This document shows, piece after piece, positions 12,501-26,264 of a stretch of 64,000 bases of DNA. Source of the DNA: Vitrella brassicaformis CCMP3155 (lineage: Eukaryota; Protista; Chromerida); the NCBI GenBank assembly GCA_001179505.1, contig CDMY01000305.1, positions 456,233 to 520,232 of the forward strand, written 5' to 3'. The notes below the pieces were generated by a model that was not told where the DNA came from, ran no database searches, and saw nothing but the letters and a program-made list of their open reading frames with translations. Both the position numbers and the translations under genes were made by a program. The first letter of the stretch is position 1. Every line of letters starts with the position of its first letter.

Positions 12501-14130
12501 GTTGTTTCCAAGCGCAACTTAGTCGAGCGCTGATCCACCGTATGCTTCTCGTTGACGTTAGCGTTCCACTCGACCAACGTCTGCACGCCAGCAGCCATCC
12601 AATCGTATTTGTCCACCCCTTTGTACGGTATGCGAAGGTCACCTTGACGACATTTAGGACAGAGTGAGCAGGCAGATACTCGCAGGGCGATCTCGAAATC
12701 GCCTGGATCAATATGGGCGCCCCGGAGTGCAGCATCGAATCTGTCACGTTAAGGCATGGAGAACAAGCAAGTGAAGGCCAGCCACGCACCAGCCCCCTCC
12801 GTCTTACAGATATCGACAAAAGGCTCGCCCTCGAAGCACTCGGCATGACGAGGGCAGAGCTCAGACCAGCTGAGGACCGTGCCATACCGCGTTCGTATCT
12901 GCCCGACGAAGAGCTCCTCATACGCATTTCTCCAGACTGCTGGGCTGATGAGCTTCTCCTGCAGCAGGGCCTCGAGCGAATGGAAGGACGCATTCACGAC
13001 ACACGAATGAAGGGCTTGCTTGAAGAGGACGCCGTCCATGAAGGAGAGACGGGGGATGAACGGCTTGGGCAACGCAGAAGCGAGAAGCGCATGGTCTTCT
13101 ACCAAGTCGAGCTCGTCGACAGGCGTGCGCTGCTCTTGTGGGGCCAATTGATCGTACGCGCACAGCTCTCTCATTGCCCTCGCCATTGCTTTCGTTTTCC
13201 CCTCTTCACAGTAGGCAGCGGCACCGGCGCGCTTTTCTCTCTCCTCGCTGAGAATGCGCCTGTACAGCCTCTGCATCTGCTCCCGCGTCGGCGTGGAATA
13301 GGAAGACGCCTTCTTTGATCGTGCAGCGGGCTTGCCATCGCCAAGAAAGACATCTCTCACGGTCTCCCGCAGCTCTTTGACCTCTTTTCGGTCTGTCTCT
13401 GGTGCCGGCAGAAGCGTTCGATTGTCTTGATCGATGTGGAACCAGTAGAATGTGCTGCCTTGAAGAGCCTTGTCCACGAGCGTCTTGAAGCAGTCGACCT
13501 CGACCATATCCTCAGCTCCACTGTCCAAGTACACGAACTTGCGGCTGTCTCCTTCGTGAATCTCTCCAAGTGCATCGCAAAGCAGGTTGACCGCCCCGTT
13601 GGGCTCTTTCGCCTCTTCGGCTTTCAATATTGAGACTGACACGTCAAGGACTTTTGGTGGAAAAGACATAGTCCTCCACGAGGCACTGCAAGAAGCAATG
13701 AAGGTGCTGAAGAGGAGATGTGTCTACACTTACTTGTCTTTGTGGCCGTGTCTGTTCCAAGAAATGTCTCCAACTACGAGGCTCAGCTCGGCGGGCTCAT
13801 CTTGACGATCTGGATGTACCGACACCGCGACAAGCACATCGTACAATCGACAATGCGTGACGAGCGATCGCATGCACGCTGCTTCCGGGTTTCCGCGTAC
13901 CTGCGTCGCTCCCTCCATCGTTTGCCTCCCCAGCAGGGGGCGACTGTGGTGCTGCTCCTTCCCCTGCGACACTGCCCGGCATCATCGACGCCTGAGCCTC
14001 AGGACGCCCTCCCTCTAAAGACCGTTCATCAGGCTCCTGACAGACATGAAGGATCTTGTGTCCCGCCTACGCAGAGCATTCTTTTGCCTACCTCGTGGTT
14101 GTTCTCGCCAGAGCGAGTCGGTTCCTCCAT
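9563..14130 (-). pseudogene. Ankyrin-repeat / coiled-coil / C-terminal C3HC4 RING E3 ligase-like gene with an in-frame TAG and a probable frameshift
   Basis: ATG 14130 (MEEPTRSGENNHE|EPDERS...), long exon ~13680-12790, ankyrin repeat GNSLLHLAARYGWSGMIGWLLKRGVDPEVVNDWGLTALDVA (~11730-11625), coiled coils, RING CIAC...PCRHKCLCKGC...LCPVC ending TGA 9563. In-frame TAG at 9942-9940. Reading frame unresolved at ~11590. Confidence 0.6.
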
Positions 14131-14958
14131 CGTCGCGCGCGAGGAGAAGCGAGCAAGAAGCGAGAGAATCGCAGGCTCCGCCCCCTTGGGGGCAGGGCAG
14201 TCTCAAGCGCGCAATATCCGCCTCGCAGCAAGGCCCAAAACTGCCGGCCATCAAGACATGCCTTGTTGCCAAGGCGCTCGGGGTGGCCGCCTTGGACGGC
14301 TCGTGCACGCTTCGGGCGGGAGCAAGATGAAGTCAGCCAGTCCCAACCAAGGCACCGACACGTCTCATGGAGTCTCAGGGGAGATCGGGGTGGTGCTCAA
14401 CGTGAAGGACGTCACGCCGAAAAAGGTTCGCATGTGCGCACGCGTCTGTGCACACGTGCCGGACCGATGTATGCATGTTGTATCCGATAGTGAAGAATGC
14501 CATTGATCACAAATATGAGCAATTCATTGTAGCTCCATCAACACACACACCAACACACACGATAGATAATGTGCAGACATGTACAGTACACCACTCACCC
14601 ACGACTGGCACCCAATACACAGACATCCCTGGCTGTCCCTCTCTAGATCTCTCTCACTCTGATTGTCTCTCGCCACTCAGCCACCCAAAGATGCACTGAG
14701 GAAAACAAGGAGATGAAGGACATGTAGGACCAGAAGCCGGTGGCAAAAGGAGCAAGAGAGAAGAAATCTGCACTCGATCCCCGAACACACAGAGAAGGAG
14801 AGAGACAGCATGCCGAAATGTATGAGCAATGAGTCAATGACCGACAGAGGCATCAATCAAAGAGACGCAGACACATCAATGCATTCAATGCACACAGGCG
14901 GGTAGATAAGTAACCCTTATACTCAACGCACTCTCACACGCAGTTTCATGCATTCACA

Positions 14959-17900
14959 TCACGGCGAGTAGTAGTGTGGGTGAGTGTCTCGTCTGAGCGC
15001 ATCGATCACTTCATGCCCTTGCGTCGATATTTGTGCCGGCATTTGAAAATGCGACACATAATTCCCCGACACGGACCTGCGGCGGACGTCGACGCCGCGC
15101 ATCGTTGGAGATCCCTCATCCTCGTCTGTCTCATCTCCTGGGCTCTCGCTGTAGCCGAGCTGCACTCACACACAGCGCAGTGCCACACGGACCGACCGAG
15201 ACACGGTGTGCATGTACCCACCCGCGAGACGGTTGCCGTCTTTGATGTGCGTGGCTGGGATCTGCGCCGCCCCTGTGGTACCTCGTCGTCCTCGTCAACC
15301 GTCTCTTTGAGTGGAATGGGCTGAGGGCCGTTTGGCGCCGACTGAGGCCGATCAACCAGCTCTCGTGACCGCCTGGCCGCCTCCCTTGCAGAACCGGCAA
15401 ACGCTGTCGCACGCCGCGATGACGACGCAGAGTCGGCAGAGAAGTGCACACCATGCTTGTGGCTTGGTTCCGTAGGCGACTCTGTGGCCGATATGCTCTC
15501 GGCCGACTCCATGATGGTCATCTTCTTGGTGGCCCTGGCAACTTGTTCCGGCGTGATAGTGACGGATTGGTGCATCGGCGGCCGCGTCTGCATGGCGTCC
15601 TCCTCGTCGTCAGTGTCGTAGGTCAGCGGCTTGACGCGAGACGATGGCTCCTGCGGATGGGCTCTGCAGGCAGCACAGCCACAGTAAGTAAGTCGCCAAT
15701 ATCACATTAATTAGTGTGTGCTGAATTGAATTGGTCCGTGTGGTCTGCATGTGACCTTCTTCTGAGTTCCAGGACGGTCTTGAGCGTGAAATTGAAATTG
15801 CTGGGCAGCGGCAAAACGACCGCCCCACCCTCCCTGAGGCACACACACACGCACAAAAGGATACAGCCCATGTCTAACACAGGTGCTGATATCCACCCAA
15901 GCCCACTCACTCTTTGATTTGTATTGCCCTTTCGAGCGTCTCTTTCTCCTTTTTCCACTGCTCATAGTTGGCCTCGCCCTGCACCTGCAGCTCGCGAAGG
16001 GCGGGCAGCAGGGCTGCGAGACTGCGCCACTGCGGCAGGGCGACGTACTCGACGAAGCCGATCTGCATCTTGGTCCTGGCGAGCTCGTCCCTCGCGTCCA
16101 TGAAGGTGGTGATGGGAATGTTCTCGGCCCTCTCGCGGTCCACCTGGCCATTGAATTCCTCGACGATGAGCCCCGCCCACTTCATGTAGAAAGGTTCGGG
16201 CATCACTGGGTTGTTGACGTCAGCTGAGTGGAGGATGGACTCGACCAGCAGCAGACGATCAGAGTTGTTCTGCACGCTGATCGGGTCATCTGCACACACA
16301 CCCTGGGTCTTGTCTTGCCGTTGTGGTCTGTCTGGAGCACTGCTCACCTGACGAGGCCCTGTCTTTGAGTTTGGTGAGCTTCTTGATGTGGTAGGCCATG
16401 TCGGTTGCCAGCACGGCAGCTATGAAGGTCTTACGGAAGTCCAACCTGCCCAATTGGACATGGAGACATAATCAAGGGCCTTCCCCAATTTGGTGCTCGC
16501 TGTCAGATCGGCCTGCCTCTGTTCCTCGGTCAGGCTGATACGGAAATCACACGTTGGATTGGCTGTCAGCAGCCTGCGGCAAGGACAGTGAGCATGGTGA
16601 TAAGTGGATGGACGCGCGTTTATGCCGTGTCGTGTGCCCCTACTTGAATGTGTGGGCGCAATGGTGGTTCTCCAGCACAGACTGGTCGTTGTACGTCAAC
16701 GCCTGAAACAGTCGATGCACACAAACAGGATATGTGTGTCTCTGTCTCTGCGTATGTTGGCAGGCAGGCTGACCAGGTCGTCTTGTGCGGCGATGAGAAA
16801 GGTGTTGTTGACGCCTCGGTGGTCAATGTCGTGACACAAGGCTGCACACCAAAAGAGAGGGATATCCAGACAGGCACCATGCCATGGTTACCTGCGATGA
16901 GGAGTGTGAACTGGTCCAGCTCAGTGAGGTGCTCCCGGCAACCATACTTATACAGGACCAGAAAGCACGACTGAAACACACGCAGAAAAAGTGACCATAT
17001 CAGCCCCAGCTGCATGTTTGTCACGTCTGTCTGTCCAGACCTGGAAGACGTGCACTGCATGGTACATGTTGTGGAAGGGGTTCGTCAGATGATACGATGA
17101 GCTTAATACAGACAGAGCGAGAGGGAAGCTTTGCACTCTTGTTCATGGCTCTCCCTCTTCTTGTGCTCCCTTTCCCTGCTCACTCGACGCGGTGGAAGAA
17201 TTCCTTCAGGGAGACCGTCCGCAGCGAGAAATATGTCACAAGTCCAAGACGAACGAGGCCGTCCGCGAAAAACTGGGCCATGGCCGACGTCGAGTAGTCC
17301 CATATGTCCAGACTCCAGCTCATCCACGGCTGCAACCGACTGTTCAATGCCTCATCCTACAAACATGCGCAAAACGGCACGCAGTGGGGTGAAAGCGACT
17401 GTAAAGGAAACCACCCGGGATGTTTTCATTCTCGACCTCTTCCTCCTCTTGTTCTTCATATTCCGCCTCCTCGGCGAACGCCTCCAGGCCGTCTCTCTTC
17501 TCGGCGCACGGCACGCTAAGGCCCCTTTCCCTGTCGACCACTCGATCCGCCTTGTCGCGGGACCTCCTGTGGCCGACAACCCCGTCGCCATCGGACAATG
17601 CGGGTGACGCAGGCACCTTGACGGCGCCCACGTCAGTTGTCTGGAACCGGCGCGGACGCATGGTGTTGCGGCGCTGGGTTGGCGGGGGATGGTGGGACTT
17701 GCTGAAGACTGTGGTGGACCTCCGTGTGTCCCTGCTGCTCGCCATTGGGGAGAGGAGGTTCTCGTCGAGGAGAGACACGCCAAGACGGCGGACCTGACCC
17801 CTGCGAACAAATGTTGGGTCGGCGGAGTGGTATGGGTGGGCAGATATCTGTGTGGTGGGATGTTTGCGTACTTGTCAGGGGCGATCCATGAGATGACGGA

Positions 17901-18920
17901 GTTAGGATTGGCAGCAATGATGACCTCAAGTGTCAGTTTGGTCAACTTGCCGCCGAACTGGTCCGCCACCTCGTCTACCACCCTAGACACAACCCGCTCA
18001 TCGTCTCTGAGACACAACACAAGCACCCATCCAGCTACAGACAGGCAGCTTATCCCTCCCACTCTACTTGGAGAATGACTGGAGCGGCTCCCACTCCTCC
18101 CGGTTGAACTTGTAGAGCTCCTTCCAGAAGGACTCGCTCACCACAGACGTCTTCATAGACTGAAATCAATCCACACAAACAGAGATATAGCTCCCGACGC
18201 TAATATGTATGTACGCCCATCGATATCTCCCCAAACCTCACTGATGAGAGCCCGGTGGAGCCCATTGTCGGGCTTTTGGCGTCGGGAGACATCTCACCAA
18301 ACCCAAATTGTCTGACGCCCTTCTTGGCCGCCGATGTTCCTCTCCGCGGCCCAGGCGATGACTGGGTGGTGGCTGGCGTGCCGAGGGACTTAGAGAGGAA
18401 GGTGGACCCCTTAAGGTGGCGGTTGTACTCTACCTCGGACGACATCTTGTTAATGAGGTGCACTATCGCCTTGACGTTGCCTCTGTGGTCATGTAAAGGC
18501 GCCACCATCGACGCTCTGGCACACAGACACAGACGCACAGAATCACGGAGAGTGTGGGGGGGTGCAGGTGTCATCTAATATATAGGGGGTCATGGGAACC
18601 TGGTGGAGATGCCCACAGCGTCGTCGAACTGCTTGTTCTGCATCCGCACTTCAGTGTCGGCTCGCCGGATGATCTTGCGCGACTTGACGGCAGCGGCCAG
18701 CAGCGGGTGGGTGCTGAAGGGAAGAGTCATCCCGATCGCACTGCAGACAGATTGACACATGACACATGGCACACAACGAGAGAACGGCGCTGCTTGCCTT
18801 TTACTGACCCTTTCGGTCCGAAGTAACATATGAGGGAATCATTTGGGTAATCAATCGCATAGAACGCCACCTGAACAACGCAGGATTGGCGATTGTGTCT
18901 CGCCGCGTTTTCTGTCCAGA

Positions 18921-18951
<31 letters not shown>

Positions 18952-21178
18952 GTCTCATTCAGTGACCTCTTGTGCCTTGGTGAGGTTGACGAGGAGTACA
19001 AGCAGCTTGAAGACGGTGTGCTCGGCGTCGTTGCTTTCGAGGAACACCCGCCGGTGCATGTGAATCATCACCTGCGACTCACGCAACTCCCGCTGCAGCC
19101 TCTCCAACTCCAACGCGCGGATCAACAAGCCCTGCAGTCACCGAAAGACACATGCAATGCACAGAAATATCTGCCTCTGCCTGCTGTGTTCACCTGCACG
19201 GCCTCTGTGAGTCTGTCCATGAGCACCACGTCGGCCAGTGCGGGAGCGAAGCACAGGACCACACCTAATGGCTTGCCGTGCCTTGGGTCCACCAGCCGCC
19301 CCGCCAACACATACACCCGCGGATGGTCGCGGCTGACCTCCCTCTCGAGCGCCTCACCCTCACCCTCACCCTCGCCCTCCGCCTCCTCTTCTCTCTCGCT
19401 GGCGTATTCCCTGTTGCCGCCTTCGTCCCACCTGACACGACTGGCGTGCACCGTAGGTGACGTGTTGCGACGATCGCGGGATGGAGTCACAACCCTGACA
19501 GTGAGACAGACGGTGAGTTACAGGCTCTGAGTGGTTGTGTTGTCTGCTTACCCCGCTGGTGGCATGGTGGAGAAGTCAGGTACAGACTGCCTCTCTTTGG
19601 CGGTGGTCAGGTCGGACTGGGAGTCCTCCTCGGGCACCGTCTTCATCTGGCTCGGTGTGGCGCTCACACACGACATGCGGCGGGAGTGGTACTCGAATCG
19701 ACCGGAGGCCGCGTCGTACACCTGACAAGGCCATCCATGCCATGCACCCACACGTGATGGATCGATTACACAGGCACACCGCCACGCTGACCTGCAGCGG
19801 CACATGACTGGTGGTGGCGCTCGTGGCCCTCGCAGGAGAGGCGGCCGTGAAGTCGGCCATCAGTGACGCAGAGCTTGAAGACGTGACTGAAGAGGGGACG
19901 GGCCCCATTGCTGGCGACCGCGACTCGTCTGCCCTGTGTGCGGCCGACAGTTTCTCGATGAGGAAATGCGAAAGAAGGACATCCGGCAGCTCCTCCTCCT
20001 GCACCGATGGGGGGTCGTTGAGCACCTCTGTCCACCGGTGCTTGGTGGCGGTGGACGGGGGGGTGGGCTGACCCGTTGGTGGGGTTGTCCACGGCAGCAA
20101 AAATTCCACAAACTGACAACGCATGGGCAGCCCTGGTGGACCCTGATATAGATAGCAATTGGTCCCGGCCACGCTTACCCGGGCGCCAGCAGAGTCATTA
20201 AGAATCGATCCAGCAAGCCCCTTTGATGACGAAAAATGCAAAATCTGAGAAGAGAAAGGAAACAAGTGAAATACATACGCATGCCCAATCATCGTCTCTG
20301 TGTGCCTTCCGCTCGCCTCGTGTGGAATGTCATAAGTCTGTCCGTGACTCTGCGCATGGTCTGGCTGAGATATCGTTGTCCTTTTCCTCTGGCCAGGCGA
20401 GCCGCCGTCCCCCTCCTTCGGCGTTGCGGCGCTGGGCGACTTTGGCGCCTTACCCCGCTGCTTGGCATGTTCCTGTGCGAGTCGCGGGAGGTCTATCCAT
20501 GTGCCCTCCAAGGGGTAAAACCCTATTAGCTCGTCATCCAGATCGCGGGCGAGACATAGCACAACGGGGGAGCCGAACAGCTGCAAATGGCAAGAAATGG
20601 ACAATCCACAGAATTGGAAGTTGAGACGGGCAGCACGGTTGGCTCACCGTAGAGCAGCAAAAGGAGAAGTGCTGGCAAAACTCGAATGTTGTCATGTGGG
20701 TACATTTCGCTGCAGGCACAGCAATCGTCACACACTGAGGGCTGATTGATACTCGGCGTGCTCACCCTCCATGTGCATGTGAATGACATGCGCCTGCTTG
20801 ACATAGGCGGCCTTGAGGGGCAAAGACGGGATGTCTTGGGAGCTGTGCGGACTCCCCTGAGCTGAACCGACAAGAAACAGACAGATGATATGCAACCAGG
20901 AAATGTCGTATGTAATGGGAAGGCATACATACATGGGAAGAGCTCCTCCAAGTGTGCCCGGAACTGTGGCAGAAAAACCAAACCACAGCATATCTCTCAT
21001 GCCTTCGGCCCGTCCAATTTCCCTCCGTGCAACCGCCTCACGTGCTGTATGTCATCGGCCGATATGCTCGAGCCCTTCCGGACGCGAACATGCTCGCGGC
21101 TGGCAGACTGCATCACACACAACACGCACAAGCACACACAAGAGTGCGACTCCCTCCCCGCGGGTAGCTGCCTACCAT
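14959..21178 (-). CDS. PDE: Class I 3',5'-cyclic nucleotide phosphodiesterase with upstream GAF-like region
   Basis: Catalytic motifs NPFHNMYHAVHVFQ (~17085-17042), ALCHDIDHRGVNNTFL, YNDQSVLENHH, VLATDMAYH, ILHSADVNNP, MQIGFVEYVALPQW. GAF-like SMVAPLHDHRGNVKAIVHLINK (~18510-18445). N-terminal exons and start codon are uncertain. Confidence 0.9.
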
Positions 21179-21496
21179 TGTGCCCGTTTCTTGAGGGCCC
21201 TCTTCGTGCGTCCGGCTTCACAGCGCCTGCCTTCCGATCCTCGGTCAAAGCGGGAGCGCTTTCAGTTCTTCCGCTGTTCTTCCCTTCGAGCTCGCAGTCT
21301 CGCCCCCACGGCCTACAGAGATCGCAATTGGCAGACTCCCGCCGCCAGCCGCAGTGACCGCAAACCAACAGCATGTACAGCGTATTCACGCAAGAAAGAC
21401 GGCAGCAGGAGGGAAGAGATACCGCTCGCATCAGGCGCCTCAACTTCCATCAGCCCGCGCACTCACCACACGCAGCGGTTGCATCGCCTGTGATCC

Positions 21497-22231
21497 ATGT
21501 CCACCATGACAGCGCAGGCGATTCAGCCAAGGCCGCCAGGTCCATCCGGCGGGTGTCCAGCTGGATATCCACCGCCGTATATGCGAGCGCCGACAGACAA
21601 GCGGAAGAAGCGAGAGGTCAACAGGCGACGCACGCACGCGGTGCCCGCTTCTGGCCGGTGAAGAGGTAATATGCATGCATGCTGTCCAGGAAGGTGCATG
21701 ACGACAGCATTCCACGGTTGCACTGTCTGTTGTCTGTGTGCAGGTACGAGGAAGAGAGAACCCGCATCATCGAGACTCTGGACAGGCAGAGCAGGGAGCT
21801 GCCGTCACGAGAACGTAAGAACGCTGTCCGCCCTCGGATCTGACTGATGCTGACATGACCTTCTTGTTGTTGCAGCCTATGCCGGCGGCAACCTTGCGAA
21901 CGTGCAGCGCGACGTTTGCAAGTCCAAGCACATCGGGGCTACAATCAGGTGAGAGACATGCAGACACGCACACACCTCCTTGTTGCCCGTCGGTCACGAT
22001 GACAGGCACAAGCCGAAGCTGGAGTCTGCCCGCATCAACGATTCTATCAGCCGGCAAGGCACCTTGTTCGTGTCGCGGCCCCTGCCGGCCCTTCCCCCGT
22101 CGTCCCACGACAGCACACTCTTGATGACATCGCAGTCCACATGGCGATTCAGCGGGGGCCCTTCGACAGAGAGGCCATCCACGTACAGACTGATGGTAGG
22201 CAAGGCGGCAAGGGAGCCAGGCATACACCAG

Positions 22232-22266
<35 letters not shown>

Positions 22267-23104
22267 GTAAGGGTGATCCCTATGCGTCGAAGAGCACCTT
22301 CTTCCATCCCGCCACCTCCTCCCTGCCGCCGCTGAGCTCCCCCCGTCCGCCGCTCCCCTTCGTCTGCTCAACCGCACGGCTGTCCTCGCCCCTCTCCAGC
22401 ACCGTGATGGCCATGACCACGTCGTCACTCTGCTGGCCGCCCACTGAGCCATGCAAAGAGGCCGACAGTGTGGAAAAACAGCTTCTGCGAAAGGTGAGGT
22501 GCGCGAGAGACAGCACAAGGAGACACGATGGGTGGGTGGTGCATGTTGGTGGGTTGGTGTCTGCACTGCAGGGGTACAGAAAGTACGTCAGGAGGGGCGA
22601 GAGGGAGGCAGAGTCACCACCAGGGTAGGTGACATACGAGACAGAGACAGCCAGGCAATCAATCGATGTGCCAAACATGTGTGTGTGAATGTCTGTCAGT
22701 CCCGCGTTGGCCACCGCCCAGCCGTTTGTGCAGCTCGACCCCACGAGCCTTTTGGAGAGAAAACCAGACAGAGACAAGCACCTGCACGGCGACTTCAAGA
22801 CAATCGTGGCCCGACGCAAGACTGACGCACATCTCAAATCGCAGCGCACATCAGCTATCATCGCGAGCAGACCCGCACAGCTCCGCGACAGCCTTCTTGA
22901 TGAAGAGGACGATCTGCTGGACGTGCTGGACGACGGTTGGGTGGGTGAGAGGGAGAGTGTGCGGGGCCGGGGAGGGCGGGCGCTGTCGATGTCGACGAGC
23001 ATAACGGGAGGAGGGCTGCCGCCGCATTCAGGCATGACCACCACCAGCATGTCCACCAAATCAAGACGGAGGTGAAGACCGGGGCACAAACACACACAAA
23101 CACG

Positions 23105-23140
<36 letters not shown>

Positions 23141-23380
23141 TTCGTGGATGATGTGCTCGTTGGTTGCAGGACTTACTTCAAATCGCTTCAGTCATTCGCC
23201 CTCGGTGGCGCCCTGACGCCAGCCAAACCATCGGAGGCGCTTGTAGGCAGCCACGCACCGACAAGGATGCCCTTGTGTCTCTCTGGGCGTATTTCGTCGA
23301 TGTGTGTGTGTGGTTGCCAGGAGGACTCACAACGGCGAGGTGCAAGGAAGCTTCTGTCTAAACTCACTTCTGCTAGATAG
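21497..23380 (+). CDS. Hypothetical low-complexity (P/S-rich) protein, multi-exon
   Basis: ATG 21497; phase-consistent splice to YEEERTRIIETLDRQ; exon with QLRDSLLDEEDDLLDVLDD; stop TAG 23378-23380. Confidence 0.5.
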
Positions 23381-24036
23381 GGGATGACACACGTGTGTGT
23401 GTGTGTGTGTATTGCTCCAGCCCATGTAGCCATTGGCGTAGACGTGGTGGTACATGAAGGGACTCATGCAGCCAAGGGGACTCGACTCGTGTGTGTGGAG
23501 ATCATAGATAGCATTGACCCTATCGCAAATATCAAATCGAAGCTTGGCTTCACACCATTGTGTCTGTGTGGTCGTCGTGTCCCCTACTACGCCATCCATC
23601 GCCCATCCATCCCACCACGCCACACACGCACACAAAATCCTTTGCCGGAACGTACACGACTGCACATATGTACACCCACTCACTCACACATCAATATCTT
23701 CATCATCCATCCATAGCCATCGACACGCACCAAGGCGGCCACCAGACAGACAGACAGACGGAGGGAGGGAGGGAGGGAGTCGCACAGCACACGAAGAATC
23801 CCTCCCTCTTGGAGCTCTTCCTTCCTGACTGCTCTCTTTTTCCACATCTTGCTTGCCGTCAGTCAGTCCAATCACGTGTGTCTCTTTCCACTTGCAGCGC
23901 TGCAGCCAGCGACCGGCCTCGCCGTGGTGGCCACAGTGCCATCACATCACCACAGCAAGAAGGATCGATATATGCCGCGTTGAAAGCGAAAAGAGATCAC
24001 ACCAGACAGACCAGACCACAACAGTCAGTACACCCA

Positions 24037-25513
24037 TCAGTGTCCCCTCCTCTCCCCCCGTGTCAGCAAAGGCTCGTTTAGGGACACCAGCTGGTTGCCA
24101 TCGCAGCTATCGATAATGCCGTCCTCACCCCCCCGCCGCCTCTGCACACCACCCGCCCCGGCCCCCTCGACATCAACACACACCGACATTTGGCCGATGT
24201 GGTCGGCAGCCGTGGGGTACTCATCGTTGCACTGCTTGTGTCGGTCTCTGTAGGCGGGGTATGTGACGGCCGCTCGGATGGCCATGGCGGCCACCACCAC
24301 GCCACACAGCCCGATGCACAGGAAGCCCACATGGAAGCCCACTAAGCCGCTGATCAAGCCGCCGATCAGAGGGGCCAGCAATGTGCCGGTGCAGAAGCCC
24401 AGACCTATTTGTTTATTACGCACACACACACAGACACATGGGCGAGAAGCACTGACGCCTGCAGGCAGCGAGGGGGTCTCTCCCTCTCGCCCACCTACCT
24501 GTGAGTGCGTATGCCTTGCCGACGATGTCGTTAAGGTTCCTGTCGTTGCAATAGTGCCCCACAAATGCCTGGACGCACGCATCGGCCATCCCCAGCCCGA
24601 CGCCGCTCACACACAGCCCCACACACTGCACCGCCTCTCTCCCAATGTAAAGCACTCCACAGACAGCCACCGACTGCATCACGATGCCCGCAGCCACCAG
24701 CTGCAGCAGCGGCACCCCCAGCCAGTCCGACACAATGGGCGAGAGGAACCCACTGGCCACCTTGACAATCGCCGACGGCAGGAACAGCGCCCCAACGACC
24801 TCGGGCGACGTGCCGAAATGTGTGTGCCAGTAGAGGGGCAGCAACGCCTGCAGCGTCAGCGTGGCGCCCCACAGGTAGAGCGTCGCGACAGTAACAGTCA
24901 TGAAATGGTACTCCATCAGCGGGGCGAACGAGGACGTCGTTGTCTTGGCGCGGCTCGGCTAAGATGGCACTGCATGGCCACTCGTGTCTGCCGTAGATGC
25001 CCCGCTGCTGGCTGGCGCGTCGAGAGATGCCGGTGTTACCACGTTAAGAGCAGAGGAAGGGGCCTCTGTCGTGGTGCCGCTGTCGTGTTCTTGCTGTGGC
25101 GGCTTCTGGGTCTCATCGGCCGGGAGGAAGGGATGCAGGACGAAGGCACAAATTAGGAGCAAAGAGCTGATGACGATGATTGTCAGGAACACACAGCGGG
25201 TCCCGCCGAGAGCAAACAAAACTCCCCCAACAACAGGGCCAATAACTGTGCCCACATCACTCGAATACGCCTGCACGGCCAGAGAAAAGACGAACACACC
25301 ACTTGCTCCCGAACACACGAGCGCGGTTGTCTGAGCAGTGCACTGCCCACCACTCCGAGAGCCGAGGCGACGATGGCCTTTGGGTGCGTCTTCGCGATGG
25401 CCGTGAGCATGAGCGGCCATACAACAGCGGACGAGATTCCGTGAAGTGCCCTGGCCACAAAGTAGCACGGCAAGGAATTCTTGATGGCGAACACAATGCT
25501 GCCGGTGAGCAGC

Positions 25514-25551
<38 letters not shown>

Positions 25552-25945
25552 CGTGTGGCGTGTCTTAGCGCATTCCTGTATCCCTTTTGTGGCTTGCCTG
25601 GGTATGGGAACCAGAGCATTGTACGCCATCCGATGTGGTCGATGAGCCAGCCACTAAACGGAGTCAGGATCAGGCTGGTGAGTGGGTGCCCGATGTACAC
25701 CACACCCTGCACAGACAACACACACAGGCGCACACACACATACACTCACACATTCCCACGACGTGGCCGCGTTAATGCTACGTGTGTGTTTCGTTCACCT
25801 GATAGAATGGCGTCAAGTGCAACACTTCAGGTGTGATGGGAATGATGACGGTGTACAAGAGCGTCTCGAAGAATAGGGTGGCCCAGGCGAGCGCCAACAG
25901 GCCATAGTGGAAGCCCGAAGGAATGCGAAGGCGAAACAGCGCCAT
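24037..25945 (-). CDS. Major facilitator superfamily transporter (SLC18/DHA1-like)
   Basis: MALFRLRIPSGFHYGLLALAWATLFFETLLYTVIIPITP; MFS motif-A-like PFSGWLIDHIGWRTML; YFVARALHGISSAVVW; GTVIGPVVGGVLF; second-half repeat SGFLSPIVSDWLG; about 12 hydrophobic segments. Confidence 0.85.
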
Positions 25946-26014
25946 ATCCTTGTCACAACTGCAGTCTTCTCGTCATCTCTCAAATATATTATATATAGTT
26001 CTGATTCACAGACA

Positions 26015-26035
26015 TTCAGGGTTCAGGGTATAGGG
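26015..26035 (+). repeat. Telomere-like heptamers TTCAGGG TTCAGGG TATAGGG in the MFS / FG-protein divergent intergenic region
   Basis: Seen directly; an AT-rich TATATTATATATAG stretch lies at ~25984-25997. Confidence 0.5.
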
Positions 26036-26264
26036 TTTCGAACCCGCTTTACCGCAGCAACTTGGGATGGGAGCCTCAACCAGTACATGCGCGAATAGCA
26101 CGGCAACACCAAGGACGCCAACGCCATTCCAATTGATTGCGCCGGACGCGCGAAATTAAATTTACGCTGTTTTGTCGTGCAGCTTTCTCCATCGGTATAC
26201 GTATCTCTGTGTGAGTGAGTATACACATGTTAACGTGTGGGATGCCGACGCTTACGCCGCCAAC

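Noticed and set aside
26032-26046. Minus-strand GGGTTCGAAACCC resembling a T-loop
   Set aside because: No surrounding cloverleaf; it overlaps the telomere-like heptamers.
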